Source: a virus (lineage: Duplodnaviria > Caudoviricetes). From it: DNA of 28,819 bases. The stretch is from positions 1 to 28,819 of IMG/VR virus record IMGVR_UViG_3300002091_000091; one strand, given 5' to 3'. This document shows positions 26,225-28,819 of the stretch, one piece after another. How positions within the stretch are numbered: the stretch's first letter is position 1; each line of letters opens with the position of its first letter. The notes beneath the pieces are model-generated. The model was not told the DNA's origin, ran no database searches, and worked only from the letters and a program-made list of their open reading frames with translations. The position numbers and the translations under genes are program-made.

Positions 26225-27127
26225 ATGAACCAAGAAAATAGTATTTCCATTGCATCTTCTGCAATGTTAGTTGAACTTAGCATTAGTGGTTGGAGTGCTA
26301 GAAAGCTAGACAAGCGTGCGTCGGCTCAGGTAGATATTACTAACTCTACCAAAACTAAAGCTGGCAACTATAACAAGAACCTTCTTGCCGGTACTGGGTT
26401 TCTCGACACCATAACAAAGTATGCTGCACAGGCTAGAGCATGGCATTTAAGTCAGACGCTTCCTTGGTCGGATAATGGTTTACGCTTATTGCCTATGGGC
26501 AGGTTTCTAGAGTACAAGGAGCAGTTACATACTCTGGAGACAAACTACATGGCGCTAGTGGATAAGTTCGTAGTAGCCTACCCCAACCTAGTAAGTGCCG
26601 CCGCATTTCAGTTAGGTGATTTGTTTGACCGAAGCGAATATCCCGAGGTCGAGAAGATTCCAGCGAAGTTTAAATTCTCAGTGAACTATTTGCCTGTACC
26701 TATGGCTGGTGATTTCCGAGTAGACATTAACGAAGAAGCTAAGGCTGAACTTGTTAAGTCATGTGAAGATGCTTACAACGAGCGACTAGGTAACGCTATG
26801 AAAGATGCTTGGAGTAGATTGCATGGATGCTTGACTCGCATAAGTGACCGCTTAGATAGCGATATTGTAGATAAGGAAGTTGATGGTGAGTTTATCCAAG
26901 TAGTGCAACGCAAACGAATCCACGACACAGTAATAGAGAATGCTGTTGAATTAGTAGAACTCTTAAAACATTTTAACCTTACAGGCGACGCTAACATGGA
27001 GATGGCACGTAAAGAATTAGAGAGGGCAATCGGTGGGCGCAGTGCCGACGACCTTAAAGACAGCGAAGCTACTCGCAACCTAGTCAAGAGCCAAGTAGAT
27101 GCAATCCTTGGCAAGTTTAACTTTTAA
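26225..27127 (+). CDS. conserved helical phage protein associated with AAA+/VWA modules (DUF3150-like, tentative)
   Basis: SSAMLVELSISGW, TLPWSDNGLRLLP and LGDLFDRSEYP motifs; likely start MNQEN. Confidence 0.6.
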   Translation: MNQENSISIASSAMLVELSISGWSARKLDKRASAQVDITNSTKTKAGNYNKNLLAGTGFLDTITKYAAQARAWHLSQTLPWSDNGLRLLPMGRFLEYKEQLHTLETNYMALVDKFVVAYPNLVSAAAFQLGDLFDRSEYPEVEKIPAKFKFSVNYLPVPMAGDFRVDINEEAKAELVKSCEDAYNERLGNAMKDAWSRLHGCLTRISDRLDSDIVDKEVDGEFIQVVQRKRIHDTVIENAVELVELLKHFNLTGDANMEMARKELERAIGGRSADDLKDSEATRNLVKSQVDAILGKFNF

Positions 27128-27136
27128 GGAGGTAGT

Positions 27137-27334
27137 ATGCGAGTATATAAACCACGCAACAGGAACAAACTAATTGAGGAAGCGAATCGCAACTCCTTAA
27201 CTGCACTGCTAAAGCAAGACCTACCACTAGAGGAGAAGTATGCATTAGTAGAAGAACGCAATCCGTTTATCCATGCGTTCGGAAGAAAACTTAAAGTTGT
27301 TATTAAAGGAGAAGAAGATGATTGTGGTAAATAG
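27137..27334 (+). CDS. hypothetical protein
   Basis: 65 aa, perfect AAGGAGGT RBS. Confidence 0.65.
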   Translation: MRVYKPRNRNKLIEEANRNSLTALLKQDLPLEEKYALVEERNPFIHAFGRKLKVVIKGEEDDCGK

Positions 27335-28187
27335 AGATGGTTTAAAAGCCGAGTATCGTAACACTATAGGATATATGGAAAAGCTGGAGGACTTTTTACA
27401 AGATGTTGCCTTAGCCAAACCATTGCTAAGTTTTAGTGTTGACGATCACTGCGTCACTAATGAACGCAAGAAAGATGCGAACGGAGATATAAAAAATGAA
27501 AAGATGCTGTATCGCATTAAGGTTTATGGTGCTGGTGAAGAACTAGGTAGTATCGGTATTGTCGATAGATGGAGAGGCGGAATTACCGAAAAAGCCTATA
27601 TGGTAGAGTGTTTCCGTATCAATAAGCATAGAGGTAGGGGGAATACGACCACGTCTATTGATGTTAAGTTAGCCTTGCGAGAAGCTAAGAAAGCATTTAA
27701 CCCTAGAGAAGATTCGGAATTAAAACACCTTATTAGGGATCGTGTTACTCAACAAGTAAGTAATGCTTTTAATTCTTATCGTAATAATTTGCGTTGGGAC
27801 TTAAACCAAGAAGATGAACTATGTAACTATGCCCTAACAGCTTATGAGGCTAGAAAATCAGGAGAGGCATATGCCGAGTTACCTTCAGCTATTGCTAGCG
27901 TTAAGGACTTTAAAGCACATGATAAAAAATGCGAGAAGTTTATTCATTATAGAGAACTATCTGATGCCCTATTTAGTAAGCAAGGGTTTGGTATTAGAGC
28001 TAACTTAGACAACTCTATTATTGTGTATAGCTACATGAATGATAGTATTACTAGGTTTAATTCTTTTACCGATTTGCCCGACAGCATCCAATCTAAGTAC
28101 GCAGTCTTTAAAGTACTAGATGAACTTGATGCTGTAGATGGGATTGGAGTTAAATTTTCTGATGGGTATGCATATATTATGCCTTGA
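27318..28187 (+). CDS. hypothetical protein
   Basis: start MIVVN at 27318 after AAGGAG; 289 aa open frame. Confidence 0.75.
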   Translation: MIVVNRDGLKAEYRNTIGYMEKLEDFLQDVALAKPLLSFSVDDHCVTNERKKDANGDIKNEKMLYRIKVYGAGEELGSIGIVDRWRGGITEKAYMVECFRINKHRGRGNTTTSIDVKLALREAKKAFNPREDSELKHLIRDRVTQQVSNAFNSYRNNLRWDLNQEDELCNYALTAYEARKSGEAYAELPSAIASVKDFKAHDKKCEKFIHYRELSDALFSKQGFGIRANLDNSIIVYSYMNDSITRFNSFTDLPDSIQSKYAVFKVLDELDAVDGIGVKFSDGYAYIMP

Positions 28188-28353
28188 TGTATAATATGGT
28201 CAGGTTGACTTCATAGTTAATCCTTTCGTGAGGTGGGCTGAAATGTATAGCAGATGCAAATCAACTCGTTTTACCTTATTAGCATACTAGGATGTAATCT
28301 GCTTTACCTAGGAATGTGTTGATGCATATTCATACTCCAAAAAAGGAAACACT

Positions 28354-28379
28354 AAGCCACCCTTCGGGGTGGCTTTTTT
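28354..28379 (+). terminator. rho-independent terminator
   Basis: AAGCCACCC-TTCG-GGGTGGCTT-TTTT. Confidence 0.85.
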
Positions 28380-28382
28380 ATT

Positions 28383-28412
28383 GGACAAACTTAGCAAGAC
28401 CTAAGAATGTCC
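28383..28412 (+). repeat. 12-6-12 palindromic site copy 7
   Basis: GGACAAACTTAG-CAAGAC-CTAAGAATGTCC. Confidence 0.95.
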
Positions 28413-28440
28413 ACCCTAGGGAAACTCCCTATAAATAAAT

Positions 28441-28469
28441 TTGCTAAGTCGTTTTTGTTGTGGTATACT
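28441..28469 (+). promoter_or_regulatory. sigma70 promoter
   Basis: TTGCTA-17 bp-TATACT with extended -10 TG. Confidence 0.6.
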
Positions 28470-28507
28470 TTGTCAATAATAATAGTACCACCGAAAGCGA
28501 TAACCAA

Positions 28508-28816
28508 ATGAAAACACCTGAGTCTAAGGTAAAAGACGCAGTAGTAAAGATACTTAAGAAGCACGAGGTCTACTACTTCTTTCCAGCTACACATGGCTAT
28601 GGTCGCTCGGGTGTGCCTGACATTATAGCGTGCTTTCGTGGTCAATTCGTAGCTATCGAGTGCAAGGCTGGTAGCAATAAGCCGACTGCACTGCAACGAC
28701 GAGAACTCAAAAACATTATGACTGCTGGCGGTCATGCCTTCGTAGCGAACGAAGAAAACATTAACTTTTTTAAATCTTACTTTAACTCTTTGGTCGACGA
28801 CGATGGACGTTGCTGA
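28508..28816 (+). CDS. VRR-NUC domain nuclease (PD-(D/E)xK)
   Basis: PE..VK, GVPDII, AIECKA and PTALQ motifs; start MKTPE. Confidence 0.85.
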   Translation: MKTPESKVKDAVVKILKKHEVYYFFPATHGYGRSGVPDIIACFRGQFVAIECKAGSNKPTALQRRELKNIMTAGGHAFVANEENINFFKSYFNSLVDDDGRC

Positions 28817-28819
28817 CCA

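Noticed and set aside
18784-28412. CRISPR array interpretation of the 30-bp repeats
   Set aside because: Copies are 0.5-3 kb apart and separated mostly by whole genes, vary internally, include an inverted copy, and no cas genes are present
18784-28412. Host XerCD dif sites or integron attC sites
   Set aside because: Arms do not match the XerD consensus TTATGTTAAAT; only one copy has a GTTRRRY; no integrase in the window. Only the architecture is similar
18207-28735. Minus-strand ORFs in the early arm (e.g. 23787-24248, 26773-27114, 28391-28735)
   Set aside because: Antisense to coupled plus-strand genes; no supporting signals
1-28819. tRNA, rRNA, integrase or transposase genes
   Set aside because: No cloverleaf with T-loop consensus or recombinase/transposase motifs were seen by eye; tRNAscan-SE and HMM searches would confirm

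Overview
Fragment of a tailed dsDNA bacteriophage genome (about 42% GC by eye). The gene content resembles uncultured freshwater podovirus-like phages, and a betaproteobacterial host is an inference. It has two divergent arms. The minus-strand arm (1-17440) is the packaging/virion module: GNAT acetyltransferase, HNH endonuclease, candidate TerS, TerL, portal, GroES, scaffold, major capsid protein, a cluster of small basic proteins with repeated hydrophobic-x-x-G-G motifs, and head-tail/tail genes. The plus-strand arm (17988-28819) is an early/host-takeover region: three near-consensus sigma70 promoters, a duplicated promoter-gene-terminator unit, small membrane proteins, a MoxR-like AAA+ ATPase with a VWA/HExxH metallopeptidase, and a VRR-NUC nuclease. 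The most notable signals are (1) a 30-bp 12-6-12 imperfect palindrome, GGACAAACTTAG-N6-CTAAGAATGTCC, present 7 times plus one degenerate copy, mostly at early-arm gene junctions; (2) a putative GG-linked polyprotein/core-protein cluster; (3) a pseudoknotted 5' leader RNA after the capsid terminator; (4) a phasin-like small gene with a PhaR-like TGC-N3-GCA box over its -35; and (5) a strand-biased AGCGAAC heptamer with a repeat-rich 540-bp non-coding region. All family calls come from motif recognition by eye; no database search was run.
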